Assembly (NCBI GenBank): GCA_040903985.1
Contig: JBBDUI010000002.1
Location: 262,038-326,037 of the forward strand
Direction: 5' to 3'
Source of the DNA: Candidatus Saccharimonadales bacterium
GTDB lineage: Bacteria; Patescibacteriota; Saccharimonadia; QS-5-54-17
Length of the DNA: 64,000 nt
Shown: one piece after another, positions 37,209 to 47,060 of the stretch
Position numbering within the stretch: the first letter of the stretch is position 1
Layout: every line of letters begins with the position of its first letter
Made by a program: the position numbers and the translations under genes
The notes under the pieces: model-generated
The model's database searches: none
The model's input: only the letters and a program-made list of their open reading frames with translations
What the model was told of the DNA's origin: nothing

Positions 37209-37707
37209 TTATAGTGGCCGGATCGACCGGTACCACATCTCTAATTATCCTGTTCAAGTGTTGCTGGACCTCTTCCGGATGATGGATATAGTGCAGAATT
37301 AAATCTCCAGCGAATGTCTGCACCGTAACCGTCCCGAACTTCATAAACGTCGCCTGCAAACCCTTAATGGTATAGTTTACACTCTGAATTCGGTTATGAC
37401 TAATGTCCTGAACACTGCGGTTAAATAGACCTACCTGTTTAATCTGAATCAGCCGCTCATCAGTAATGATATAGACGCTGAAGTACCAACCGAGAAACCA
37501 ATAACTGAACACTAACAGACTGAGAACGAGTCCGGCTAGCGCGCACCACCAAGACCAGGTCTCAAGCGGCCAGATACTAGAAGGCACCAGCCCGACTGCA
37601 AAGACGCCGAGGGCAACCGTCACCCCCTTTCGCATTACTACCGGATGTTGACGAAAGACGAAATCGATCGTCTCATCAGGGTGTTGGCCAGGGAATGTGT
37701 TTGCCAT
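37165..37707 (-). CDS. bPH_2 (YdbS/YdbT-like, DUF304) membrane protein
   Basis: 180 aa with two TM segments and a PH-like domain (RLIQIKQVGLFNRSVQDISHNRIQSVNY). Confidence 0.55.
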   Translation of the reverse strand: MANTFPGQHPDETIDFVFRQHPVVMRKGVTVALGVFAVGLVPSSIWPLETWSWWCALAGLVLSLLVFSYWFLGWYFSVYIITDERLIQIKQVGLFNRSVQDISHNRIQSVNYTIKGLQATFMKFGTVTVQTFAGDLILHYIHHPEEVQQHLNRIIRDVVPVDPATINGGDDEKEARTAEA

Positions 37708-37930
37708 GAGAGTAGTATATAGGTTTTAGGTTTTCGGGTGTAGTCTGCCCCTACAGCTACCGGATTCGACTCTATGTCAGCGCCATACCAAAAAGTAGAA
37801 ACTATAAAAACTAAAATGGCTGTTCACCAGCTAAAACGATACTGTTTTAGCTGGAAGAGGAAGACAAACCGTAAGCTGAAAGTAAAACAGCTTCCGCTGT
37901 TTTAGAGGAAGCTGTAGGTTTAGTCTGACG

Positions 37931-38007
37931 TGGTGCCCCGGGCGGGAGTCGAACCTGCGACCTTCTCCTTAGGAGGGAGACGCTCTATCCTGCTGAGCTA
38001 CCGGGGC
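37931..38007 (-). tRNA. tRNA-Arg (anticodon CCU), CCA encoded
   Basis: GCCCCGG/CCGGGGC acceptor, GCUC-AGCAGGAUA-GAGC D-arm, anticodon stem UCUCC/GGAGA with loop CUCCUAA. There is one A·C mismatch in the T-stem. Confidence 0.75.
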
Positions 38008-38068
38008 GTAAATCCACTATCAATGTAGCAGCAATTTACTCACGATGGCAGTCACTGAACAAAATCAG

Positions 38069-38551
38069 CTAACTAACTTGCGGCCTACCCTCACGTTCGT
38101 TATCTTCATACACATGCAGGTACTCACTCTTATCGTAACTGAACAACTCGGCACCGCTAAAGAAGCGCTCCACCTCTGTCATTCCACTCTCGGCATTATC
38201 GGAAGCATGGATTAGATTCCGGCCCTGCCCCATGGCAAAGTCCCCGCGAATGGTACCGGCATCTGCTGCCCGTGGGTTAGTAGCGCCTACGATCACTCGC
38301 ACACTAGCGGTACACTCATACCCTTCCCATGCCATTGCGACTAAGGGAGAGCTCTTCATAAAGCTCTTAATTCCACTAAAAAACGGCTTATCGGTCAGAT
38401 GCGAATAGTGCTGCTCCAGTATCTCATCATCAACTGAAATCATTTTTAATCCGATTAACTTCAGACCTTTACGCTCAAAGCGAGTTATAATTTCGCCAAC
38501 CAGTCCCCGCTGTACGGCATCAGGCTTGGCTAAGATCAGTGTTCGTTCCAT
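38069..38551 (-). CDS. ndk: Nucleoside diphosphate kinase
   Basis: MERTLILAKPDAVQRGLVGEIITRFERKGLK...NLIHASD (His active site) is canonical NDK. Confidence 0.9.
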   Translation of the reverse strand: MERTLILAKPDAVQRGLVGEIITRFERKGLKLIGLKMISVDDEILEQHYSHLTDKPFFSGIKSFMKSSPLVAMAWEGYECTASVRVIVGATNPRAADAGTIRGDFAMGQGRNLIHASDNAESGMTEVERFFSGAELFSYDKSEYLHVYEDNEREGRPQVS

Positions 38552-38562
38552 AAATATATCCT

Positions 38563-39348
38563 CTAAATTACTAGTATTAACACCAAGGCGCCAGCTAAAA
38601 TCAGGCGGTACCAGGCGAAGACGGCCAGCTTATGCGTGCTGAGGTAGTCCAGTAAGAAGCGTATCACAAAATAGGCGCTAGCTGCGGCTACCAAGAAACC
38701 GAGTATATAATATGGCAACTCAGCACTGAGCTCACTGAGCACATCTGAGCTACTTAGGACCCTTAAGTTAGCACCGAGCAAGATTGGTACCGCCATCAAA
38801 AAACTGAAGCGAGCTGCCTCGGCGTTATTAAAACCTAGCCATGAACCGGCCACTAATGTTGCCCCGGCGCGCGAAGTACCGGGGATTAAAGCCAGTGCCT
38901 GAGAAAACCCGATGATAACGGCGTCGCGCAGTCTCAGTTCACCTAGCTCCCGGGAGCCTCGCCGACGGTCTACGAGGAACATCACCAGTGCACCGACTAC
39001 CAGCATGACGACTATCACCCACAGAGAACGGAGAGCGCTTTCGATCAAATCACTGGCGAAAAAGCCGACGATCGCGGCCGGCAAGGTGGCGATCACCAGG
39101 TAGCCAAGCAGTTTACGCGACGCACCCGGGTGAAATACTGCCCGCCCCAGGGTGATCAGCTCCGCTCGAAAATAGATCAGTAGTGCCGTCAGCGTACCTA
39201 AATGCAGCACTACGTCGTAAGCTAACCCACCGAAGTTAGCGTCCACCCCCTCTTCGGCGATAATTAAGTGAGCCGAACTCGATACGGGGATAAACTCCGT
39301 TAGCCCTTGCAAAAGTCCCAGCAGTACCGCCTGTAATAGTTCAATCAT
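38563..39348 (-). CDS. uppP: Undecaprenyl-diphosphatase
   Basis: 261 aa, polytopic. GLTEFIPVSSSAHL is the BacA signature. Confidence 0.85.
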   Translation of the reverse strand: MIELLQAVLLGLLQGLTEFIPVSSSAHLIIAEEGVDANFGGLAYDVVLHLGTLTALLIYFRAELITLGRAVFHPGASRKLLGYLVIATLPAAIVGFFASDLIESALRSLWVIVVMLVVGALVMFLVDRRRGSRELGELRLRDAVIIGFSQALALIPGTSRAGATLVAGSWLGFNNAEAARFSFLMAVPILLGANLRVLSSSDVLSELSAELPYYILGFLVAAASAYFVIRFLLDYLSTHKLAVFAWYRLILAGALVLILVI

Positions 39349-39392
39349 ACGCCCCTAAGTATCTTTGATTTAGAAGTATAAATCAAAGATAC

Positions 39393-39842
39393 TTAGCGAA
39401 TAACTGGTTCAGTTAGGAAAATAGTCCGCTCGAAGCAAGCCCGGCCGGCCGGATGATAAGCGAAAGTGTATTCATGTGACTGCTCATCGGCCAGCGCCGT
39501 GGTGTCGGTCCGAAAAACGGCGCAAAGCTCAATACGGTATTCATCCACAGCCTCATCCTTAAGTAGTGGCCACACCTCATACCCGTTAGCCTCAACTCTC
39601 TCTTCGACTGCACGGGGGAGATCTAAAGCAGCTAAAGAATAAGGCGCTACAGTTAAACTGGCCGTAGGCTCAGGCTCAGGCTCCCCTTCTAGCTCTAAAC
39701 GCAGCTGTTCTTCGATTAAAGTTAGATCACGCTCAATCTGTTGGTCGTGGCGAACATCGATAGTTAGAATGAACTGTAGCACCACTAAAGCGATGAAGAA
39801 CAACCCCAAACCGGCCGCGAGAAGGTAGTAGCGTCGCATCAT
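39393..39842 (-). CDS. Hypothetical membrane-anchored protein
   Basis: 149 aa with an N-terminal TM segment. No family recognised. Confidence 0.35.
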   Translation of the reverse strand: MMRRYYLLAAGLGLFFIALVVLQFILTIDVRHDQQIERDLTLIEEQLRLELEGEPEPEPTASLTVAPYSLAALDLPRAVEERVEANGYEVWPLLKDEAVDEYRIELCAVFRTDTTALADEQSHEYTFAYHPAGRACFERTIFLTEPVIR

Positions 39843-40507
39843 TCTAGCCGTGACTGTTCTCGGAAATACTTCCAGAAGATACCGCCGGCCAGACCGATAG
39901 TTACTGTCGCATGCAGTGTCTCAGCGACCAAATTGATGCCGTCTACCCCACCTAAAGTTAAAATATTATAAACATAGGCCACCAGCTTGGCTACACCGAT
40001 AATGAAGGTGACTAACAGCAGCAATTGTACCGCCCGTCGCCGGGACGGATCGTGTAGTATCTCAGCTCGAGCGGCCTCCTTGCGACGCAAGCGTAGCATC
40101 AAACCAAGGTAGATCGGACCGGCCACTACTAAGGCAGCGCTAGCGGTGGGGATCACATCTTGGTAGAAGCTAAACTTCTGCGTTACGACCAGAACGTTAA
40201 TGATATTGTGCAGCATTGAGCCTACTGATAGCGCTACCACACCCAGGGCTAGGAAGTAGATCATATATTCAAAACCGTTACCAGAAAAACCACTATTGAC
40301 CACGTTAATCGGACCGGACGCAGTGGGATGAGCTGAAACAGATTGCTGACCACTCGGGGTAGGCGGGACTAAACTATCATCTCCATCCAGAGCCGTATAG
40401 ATCTCCCCAACCTCCCAGCCGGCATCTAGTAGGCGTTGGCGAATAGCCGCATCGTCTAATCCCTTCTTGCGGGCATTTTCAACGTAGTGTTGTAGTTTAT
40501 CATTCAT
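39839..40507 (-). CDS. Hypothetical polytopic membrane protein with a cytoplasmic N-terminal domain
   Basis: 222 aa. Its stop overlaps the start of the downstream ORF. Confidence 0.35.
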   Translation of the reverse strand: MNDKLQHYVENARKKGLDDAAIRQRLLDAGWEVGEIYTALDGDDSLVPPTPSGQQSVSAHPTASGPINVVNSGFSGNGFEYMIYFLALGVVALSVGSMLHNIINVLVVTQKFSFYQDVIPTASAALVVAGPIYLGLMLRLRRKEAARAEILHDPSRRRAVQLLLLVTFIIGVAKLVAYVYNILTLGGVDGINLVAETLHATVTIGLAGGIFWKYFREQSRLE

Positions 40508-40524
40508 TGCTGTGATTTTAGCAT

Positions 40525-41469
40525 ATGCCTTTTCCGGCGTACAATATAGGTATGCTTTTATCCGATGCCATCATAGATTTTCTAGAACACCTCGAGATTG
40601 AGCAAAATCGATCACAGAGAACCATAGCTAACTATGATCATTACCTGCAACGGTTTCTCGAACTGACCGATGATATAGAAGTGACTAAGATCGACAGTGA
40701 GCTAATTCGCAAGTATCGCCTGCGGCTCAACCGGACGACCGACCGCCACGGTCGAGAGCTGTCCAAGTCGACCCAAAACTACCACCTCATTGCCCTGCGC
40801 TCCTTTCTAAAGTACTTAACTAAGCGTGATATAGATGTGATGTCGGCCGATAAAATTGAACTAGCCCGCGTCTCCCGACCCAAGGTGGCCTTTCTTGATC
40901 CGGAGGAGCTCACCCGCCTCTTCGATCAACCCGATCTCGACACCTTAATCGGACAGCGTGACCGGGCCATCATTGAGTTACTTTATTCCAGCGGATTGCG
41001 CGTCTCCGAACTAGTTAACCTCGATCGAGGCCACATCAACCTCGAGCGGCGGGAGTTTATGGTCCGAGGTAAGGGCCAGAAAGATCGCCCAATCTTCATC
41101 AGCCAGACCGCGGCCGACTGGCTGAGTACCTATCTCAAAGGGCGGATCGACAACTACCGCCCCCTCTTCATTCACTATTCTGGCACCCAGAGTGGACTAG
41201 ACGATGGGAACTACACTCGCCTAACGGCTCGCAGCGTGCAGCGCAATGTAGCTAAATATGCCCGACTAGCCGGCATCACCAAGCGAGTCACTCCTCATGT
41301 ACTGCGCCATAGCTTCGCGACCGACCTCCTGCGTAATGGAGCCGATCTGCGCAGTGTTCAGGCTATGCTAGGTCACAGCGATATCTCCACCACTCAGATA
41401 TATACCCACGTGACCGATCCCCAGCTCAAGTCAGTGCACGAGCGCTTTCACGGCCCGACCGCTAGATAG
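40525..41469 (+). CDS. xerC: Tyrosine site-specific recombinase, XerC/XerD family
   Basis: 314 aa. R...HxxR...Y catalytic residues are present (LRVSELVNL...HVLRHSFATDLL...IYTHV) with an N-terminal SAM-like core-binding domain. It lies in the chromosomal core and is not in the island. Confidence 0.8.
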   Translation: MPFPAYNIGMLLSDAIIDFLEHLEIEQNRSQRTIANYDHYLQRFLELTDDIEVTKIDSELIRKYRLRLNRTTDRHGRELSKSTQNYHLIALRSFLKYLTKRDIDVMSADKIELARVSRPKVAFLDPEELTRLFDQPDLDTLIGQRDRAIIELLYSSGLRVSELVNLDRGHINLERREFMVRGKGQKDRPIFISQTAADWLSTYLKGRIDNYRPLFIHYSGTQSGLDDGNYTRLTARSVQRNVAKYARLAGITKRVTPHVLRHSFATDLLRNGADLRSVQAMLGHSDISTTQIYTHVTDPQLKSVHERFHGPTAR

Positions 41470-41475
41470 CTCTCC

Positions 41476-42270
41476 CTATAGACCGGAGAGGCGCAAATAC
41501 CAATCGACTATTCCCTCGCCCCAGAGTAATGCTATCCAGGCCCCGAGTAGTAGAAACGGTCCGAACGGTATTAAATCCTGACGACTACGCCAGCCCAGGC
41601 CGATTAGAAGCAGACTGATGACAGCCGCTAAGTTAAAGGCCAGCAGTAAGCCGAGGGCCATCAGCTGCCAACCTAACAGGAGTCCGAGGATAAAGACTAG
41701 TTTGACGTCCCCGCCCCCCATCCAGGCACCGCGACCCAGCACGTGCAAACCATAGAATAAAGCTAACGCTCCGGAGGCGCCAATTAAAGGATCGACCAGC
41801 CAGCTGGCGAGCAATGCACCCGAGAAGGCCTGAGTCAGGAGAAAAACGATAACCACGCCAAGTAGTGCTTTCAGTAATCGGTTAGGCAGCAGCATCCAGC
41901 GCAGATCATAAACGGCCAGGGCTACAAAAAGCCCGGAGATAACGATCCAAATTCCCAGCTGAACGGCATCGGTTAGGTTACTCGGCTGCCAGGCTAATGT
42001 ACTAAGAGCGGCGGCTACACCCACTATCAGTTCCACTACGGGGTACTGTCTAGAGATAGGCTTGCTACAGTGACGGCATCTACCCCTCAGCCACAACCAG
42101 CTCACTACCGGTAGTAGATCCAGGGCAGTGAGCAGATGTTTACACCGCGGACACAACGAGCGCCCATGGCTGATAGACCGCTTGGTGTGCACCCGCCAGA
42201 TATAGGCGTTCATAAAACTACCGATCACCAACCCGAACAACGCGGCAAAGACCGGGTAGGCCAGCGGCAC
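41476..42270 (-). CDS. pilD: Prepilin peptidase (A24 family)
   Basis: 264 aa. The N-terminal CxxC...CxxC zinc motif (CPRCKH...CRHCSK), polytopic topology and GGGDVKL are present. Confidence 0.8.
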   Translation of the reverse strand: MPLAYPVFAALFGLVIGSFMNAYIWRVHTKRSISHGRSLCPRCKHLLTALDLLPVVSWLWLRGRCRHCSKPISRQYPVVELIVGVAAALSTLAWQPSNLTDAVQLGIWIVISGLFVALAVYDLRWMLLPNRLLKALLGVVIVFLLTQAFSGALLASWLVDPLIGASGALALFYGLHVLGRGAWMGGGDVKLVFILGLLLGWQLMALGLLLAFNLAAVISLLLIGLGWRSRQDLIPFGPFLLLGAWIALLWGEGIVDWYLRLSGL

Positions 42271-42275
42271 GTCCC

Positions 42276-43343
42276 TTAGCCTCGCATTAGACGGTCAAGC
42301 TCTTGAATATCGACGGCATAGTTCTTAGCTTCATCATAGGTGATCTTGCCCGCATGAATTAACTCCACCAACGTCTTATCCATCGACTGCATGCCCTGGT
42401 CCGCCCCGGTCTGGATCACGGAGTCGAGCTGGTGGGTCTTACCCTCACGAATGATATTACGTACAGCCGGGTTAGCGATTAAGATTTCGGTCGCCGGTAT
42501 ACGCCCACCTCCGATAGCCGGGACTAGACGCTGAGAAATTACACCCTTTAAGATCGAAGCTAGCTGCACACGGACCTGCTGCTGCTGGTGCGGCGGGAAG
42601 ACATCGATGATACGATCCACGCTCTGCGAAGCGGAGTTGGTGTGCAAGGTAGCAAACACCAAATGGCCGGTCTCGGCAATAGTGATAGCGGCGGCGATGG
42701 TTTCTAGATCGCGCATCTCTCCAATTAGCACGATATCCGGATCTTGACGCAAGGTCGACCGTAAAGCGGCGGCAAAGGAGTAGGTATCATAGTGGACCTC
42801 GCGCTGAACGATAACCGCTTTCTTACTGGTATGAGCATACTCGATTGGATCCTCAATGGTAATGATATGAACAGCCCGGGTAGTATTGATCTGATCGATC
42901 ATCGCCGCTAGCGTAGTCGACTTACCACTACCGGTCGGACCGGTCATTAACACCAGGCCGCGGGGGAATTCAGTAAAGCTGTTAACTACCTTAGGCAGGC
43001 CCAGTTCCTCAATCGTCTTAATCTCATTAGTAATTAGACGTAAGGCAGCGGCCATATTGCCCCGTTCGTGAAAGGCATTTACCCGAAATCGCCCAAGGTC
43101 GCCGAAGGCAAAGGAAAAATCCAGTTCCTTATCTTTAGTTAAGATCTGTTTCTGCTCCTCATCAACGATAGAGTAAAGCAGACCCTCTACTGTCTCTTCA
43201 TCTAGTGGCACCGCATCTTGGGCAGCGACCAGAGACCCGTCCAGGCGGAGCATCGGCGGTAACCCTACCTGTAAGTGGAGGTCCGAAGCACCCTTATCTA
43301 TCACTTCCTGTAGCAAAACTTCGATCCTGAGATTACTCTGCAT
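42276..43343 (-). CDS. pilT: Twitching motility / pilus retraction ATPase PilT
   Basis: 355 aa. Walker A is GPTGSGKSTT. PilT-size hexameric ATPase, adjacent to pilB. Confidence 0.85.
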   Translation of the reverse strand: MQSNLRIEVLLQEVIDKGASDLHLQVGLPPMLRLDGSLVAAQDAVPLDEETVEGLLYSIVDEEQKQILTKDKELDFSFAFGDLGRFRVNAFHERGNMAAALRLITNEIKTIEELGLPKVVNSFTEFPRGLVLMTGPTGSGKSTTLAAMIDQINTTRAVHIITIEDPIEYAHTSKKAVIVQREVHYDTYSFAAALRSTLRQDPDIVLIGEMRDLETIAAAITIAETGHLVFATLHTNSASQSVDRIIDVFPPHQQQQVRVQLASILKGVISQRLVPAIGGGRIPATEILIANPAVRNIIREGKTHQLDSVIQTGADQGMQSMDKTLVELIHAGKITYDEAKNYAVDIQELDRLMRG

Positions 43344-43364
43344 ACCTATATCCCCGCCTCTCTA

Positions 43365-45155
43365 TTACGCATCTGACGCTACCCGCATGACCTCTTCTAG
43401 GGTGGTCACACCGTTCAAAGCCTTGAGGTAGCCGTCCTGTTTCATGGTTATCATGCCGTCCTTCTGAGCCTGAAGCTGTACCTGAGTACTGGTGGTCTGA
43501 CTAGCTAGTAGCTTCTCCATCTCCGGTGTAATCGAGAAGACTTCGAAGATGCCGGTTCGTCCCTTGTAACCGTCCTGGCACTCACTGCAGCCCTTGCCTC
43601 TGTACAAAGTATAAGCGTTTTCACCTAATGAGGGCAAGTTCTCATAACCCAAGTCTTCACGTAGCTGCGCATCGGCCGTACCCGACTCCGGTAGTATCCC
43701 CTCCATCGACTTCCTGATCGACTCTACTTCCGCCGGCGAAGCCTCATAGCTCTCCGAGCACTTATCACAAATACGACGCACAAGTCGCTGTCCGATGATG
43801 GTATTAACCGTAGAGGCAATCAAGAAAGGTTCGATACCCATATCGATCAACCGGGGCAGAACACCAGAGGCCGAGTTAGTGTGCAGGGTCGAGAGCACTA
43901 CGTGTCCGGTCAAAGCCGCCTGCACCGCCAAATCAGCCGTCTCGCTATCTCGAATTTCCCCGATCATCACTACATCTGGGTCTTGACGCAAGATCGAGCG
44001 TAAGCCGCTGGCAAAAGTTAAACCGACCTGGGGGTTGACCTGCATCTGATTCACCCCATTCATCTTATATTCGACCGGATCTTCCAAAGTGATAATGTTA
44101 ATCGCCACTTCCTTAATAGTGTTGAGTGCAGCATACAAGGTCGTCGACTTACCACTACCGGTCGGACCGGTCGAAAGCGTCATACCGTGCGGACGCTTCA
44201 ACCCTTCACTAATAAGCCGTTTAGCCCGCCCAACATAACCGAGCGATTCGATACTGAGTAGGCTGGAATCTTTATCCAAGAGACGAATGACTACCTGTTC
44301 ACCCCATACTAAAGGCGCGATCGAGATACGTAAATCGATGTCACGACCCTGATGCTCGATCTGAAACTCACCGTCTTGAGGAATCCGGTGCTCGTCGATC
44401 TTTAGATTGGCAAGAATCTTTACGCGAGATACCAGAGCGGCTTCGACCTCTTTCGGTAGCGTCATGGTATCCTGCAGGATACCATCGACGCGGAAACGAA
44501 TCTTCAGCTCTTCTTCCCGTGGCTCCATGTGGATATCGGAAGCTTCCATCTGAGCGGCATAATCTAATATTGTGTTCAACGCCCGCGTAATTGGAGCGTC
44601 CTGAACTAAAGTCTTGACCTCTTGTGACCCGTTGGCCTGAAGTTTATCCTGATGCGCCTGTTCGGCTTGAGCAAACTCGTCGGCCGAACCGACTACGGCA
44701 GAGACTTCTTCTGAGACATCCGCCTTATACTGGGAGAGGACGGCATTAATGCTTTTACCCGAAACCATATGTGGTGTGACCGGGCGGCCAAGTTTACGCG
44801 TAATAAAGTCCACCGCTTGCAGGTTGGTCGGATCGATCATGCCGACCACCAATCGCCCCTCCATCACTCCAATCGGTACCACCTGATGACTGCGCGCCAA
44901 ATCCTTGGGAATCAGTTTCTTCAGCTCATCGTCGACCTGAAAGCCCTGTAAGTTAGCATAAGGCACGTTATCGGCCTTAGCTACCGTCTGTACTACCTTC
45001 TCCTCGTCAATCAAACGCCGCTCGGAAATTAGACTGAGAATAGATTTATTTGTCTCGGCCGATTCGCGCTGTAGATCCTTGAGTTGATCGGCAGAGAGAT
45101 AGCCCTGATCCAGAAGTAACTGCTCAAATGTCTTTTGGGCTTCACCGGTTAACAC
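43365..45155 (-). CDS. pilB: Type IV pilus assembly ATPase PilB (GspE family)
   Basis: 596 aa. It has the N-terminal GSPII_E_N domain, the Walker A GPTGSGKSTT and the C-terminal zinc-binding CxxC...CxxC (CDKC...CSEC). Confidence 0.85.
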   Translation of the reverse strand: MLTGEAQKTFEQLLLDQGYLSADQLKDLQRESAETNKSILSLISERRLIDEEKVVQTVAKADNVPYANLQGFQVDDELKKLIPKDLARSHQVVPIGVMEGRLVVGMIDPTNLQAVDFITRKLGRPVTPHMVSGKSINAVLSQYKADVSEEVSAVVGSADEFAQAEQAHQDKLQANGSQEVKTLVQDAPITRALNTILDYAAQMEASDIHMEPREEELKIRFRVDGILQDTMTLPKEVEAALVSRVKILANLKIDEHRIPQDGEFQIEHQGRDIDLRISIAPLVWGEQVVIRLLDKDSSLLSIESLGYVGRAKRLISEGLKRPHGMTLSTGPTGSGKSTTLYAALNTIKEVAINIITLEDPVEYKMNGVNQMQVNPQVGLTFASGLRSILRQDPDVVMIGEIRDSETADLAVQAALTGHVVLSTLHTNSASGVLPRLIDMGIEPFLIASTVNTIIGQRLVRRICDKCSESYEASPAEVESIRKSMEGILPESGTADAQLREDLGYENLPSLGENAYTLYRGKGCSECQDGYKGRTGIFEVFSITPEMEKLLASQTTSTQVQLQAQKDGMITMKQDGYLKALNGVTTLEEVMRVASDA

Positions 45156-45200
45156 TTATATGACTCCGCTCTTAGCTGTAAATAACTACCTGTCTCTAGA

Positions 45201-46238
45201 CTAGACAAACGACCGTTGGGCCAGCCCGACGGCGACCGCGAACTGCAAGGATTTACCCATCAGCATATCCTGCTGAGCAGCCGGATAACTAACGTTCATC
45301 CAGGGATTAGCAATCTCGACCGGCAGATTAAGGGTGTTGGCGACGTAAGAGGGCATTTCCGGTAAGGCGGTAGGTCCGCCAGTTAGAACTACCTTCTCCA
45401 GCGCTACACCGGCATTCTGGCTGGTAAAAAACTTAATTGATTTCGATATTTCACTCATCACGCTGTCTAAGCTACCCTTAACGGCCTTGAGTACCTGGCC
45501 TTCTAGCTTAGTCTGAGTAACACCAAACTTCTGCAGGAACTGACTGGCCTGCTCCTCGTCGATGTTGAGATTCTGAGCTACTGAACGCACTAGGGTCGCT
45601 CCGCCGATATTAACGGAACGCACCAGATGCGGTACCCGCTGCCAGATGACCGTAATCTCCGTACTGGTATTACCAAAGTCGACTACTGCTACCGGCACTT
45701 CGGTTACACTAATCACGCTACGACCGGTAGCTAGAGCGTTAATCTCCAGTGCATGTAGGTTAAGCCCAGCCTTTTCTACCACAGAGAGATACTTATCGAC
45801 GACATTCTTCGGGGCCGCTACTAGTAGTACCGACATTTCAGTCTCGCTCTTATTCGGATCGATGATGTGCCAGTCCAGCTTAGCCTCGCTCACCGGCATC
45901 GGTATATACTGATCGGCCTGTAGCTGAATCGACTTAGCTAGCTCACTCTCACTTAACTTCGGCGTAGTGATTACAGTGGTAAAGGCGTGAGCGGAGGGGA
46001 TCGCCGTAACAACCTCGTTGGTCTTAATCTGAGTCTCATCTTTCAACTGTCGGATAACGGCAGCGATCCGGTCATGATCAATCTCAGAATCACTACTGAT
46101 TAAATCGGCTGGAGCAGCCATCGCTCCGTACGCTACTAAGGCCGGTGCACCAGCACCAGCCTTAAGCTGTACCATGCGAATGCCGGTAGTACCGATATCA
46201 AGTCCGAAATAATCTGTGTTTTTATCTAAGATAGCCAT
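45201..46238 (-). CDS. pilM: Type IV pilus assembly protein PilM (actin-like ATPase fold)
   Basis: 345 aa. The FtsA/PilM-like fold begins FGLDIGTTGIRMVQL. Confidence 0.75.
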   Translation of the reverse strand: MAILDKNTDYFGLDIGTTGIRMVQLKAGAGAPALVAYGAMAAPADLISSDSEIDHDRIAAVIRQLKDETQIKTNEVVTAIPSAHAFTTVITTPKLSESELAKSIQLQADQYIPMPVSEAKLDWHIIDPNKSETEMSVLLVAAPKNVVDKYLSVVEKAGLNLHALEINALATGRSVISVTEVPVAVVDFGNTSTEITVIWQRVPHLVRSVNIGGATLVRSVAQNLNIDEEQASQFLQKFGVTQTKLEGQVLKAVKGSLDSVMSEISKSIKFFTSQNAGVALEKVVLTGGPTALPEMPSYVANTLNLPVEIANPWMNVSYPAAQQDMLMGKSLQFAVAVGLAQRSFV

Positions 46239-46279
46239 TTGGAATAACTATAAGGCATAAGCAGGTTGCACGCAACCGG

Positions 46280-46957
46280 TTAACCCCCGTGCTGAGGCAA
46301 TAAATAACGGATGTTAATCGCCTCACGTCGCATAGCTATCCAGTCGATAATCGACTCCCCTTCAGTTATCTCACCTTGTTCATCTAGCTCCTGACTAAGC
46401 TTAAACTGCAGGATCTGAGTACGCACCTGTCGTCGCACCATATCATCCCCCACCCCATGACTTGCTAGCTGCTCACTCAATTCTGTGTCACTGCCGTATA
46501 AATGCTCCAAATTGATATCGATCTCGGCCGCACTAACCGTTAGCCCTCGTTGATACGATTCGAGCTCGACGATCTTAGCGTTAATTAAACTCTCAATCGA
46601 CTGTAGGTCGATCTGCTCCTGCGTAATGGTGCTATCGGCGTCCGGTGACTCATAGGCAATCAAACCATCGAGGTAGCGCACCTGATCTAGATAGACCGAG
46701 TAACGCAGCGACTCCCCCTCCACCATAGCAGCCGGAAATGGCACTATCTGTGACACGACATGGGTAAACCGATTCTGGCGGCCGGAACCATATATACTAA
46801 CTATCGCTACCGCAAGCGCTACGATTACGGCGACAATTATAACCTTAGCTCCCTGGCGCAGGCCGGCTCGGTGATTATGAGCCCACTTCCGACCGTGATC
46901 GTATCCCTGCTTTAGCTCTTGTGGCCAGCTGGTAGGATTGGGCTGAGAGTCAGGCAT
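46280..46957 (-). CDS. Hypothetical membrane-anchored protein in the pilus cluster (SurA-N-like region)
   Basis: 225 aa with an N-terminal TM segment. After the TM it shares the motif IVPFPAAMVEG with the parvulin gene at 36054..37208 (IIPYPAACVDG). Confidence 0.35.
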   Translation of the reverse strand: MPDSQPNPTSWPQELKQGYDHGRKWAHNHRAGLRQGAKVIIVAVIVALAVAIVSIYGSGRQNRFTHVVSQIVPFPAAMVEGESLRYSVYLDQVRYLDGLIAYESPDADSTITQEQIDLQSIESLINAKIVELESYQRGLTVSAAEIDINLEHLYGSDTELSEQLASHGVGDDMVRRQVRTQILQFKLSQELDEQGEITEGESIIDWIAMRREAINIRYLLPQHGG

Positions 46958-47060
46958 GAGAGGGGCTCCGTATTACTTTAACTACTTAGTTAACCTAACT
47001 ATAAACCATAAGCTTCAATTCATTAAATCACGCGTGGTCTATCCCGAGTAAGAACTAGAA

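Noticed and set aside
40525-41469. XerC/D-like recombinase as the integrase of the ssrA island
   Set aside because: It is 28 kb from the island and embedded among housekeeping and pilus genes. It has the canonical Xer architecture, so it is most likely the chromosomal dimer-resolution recombinase.
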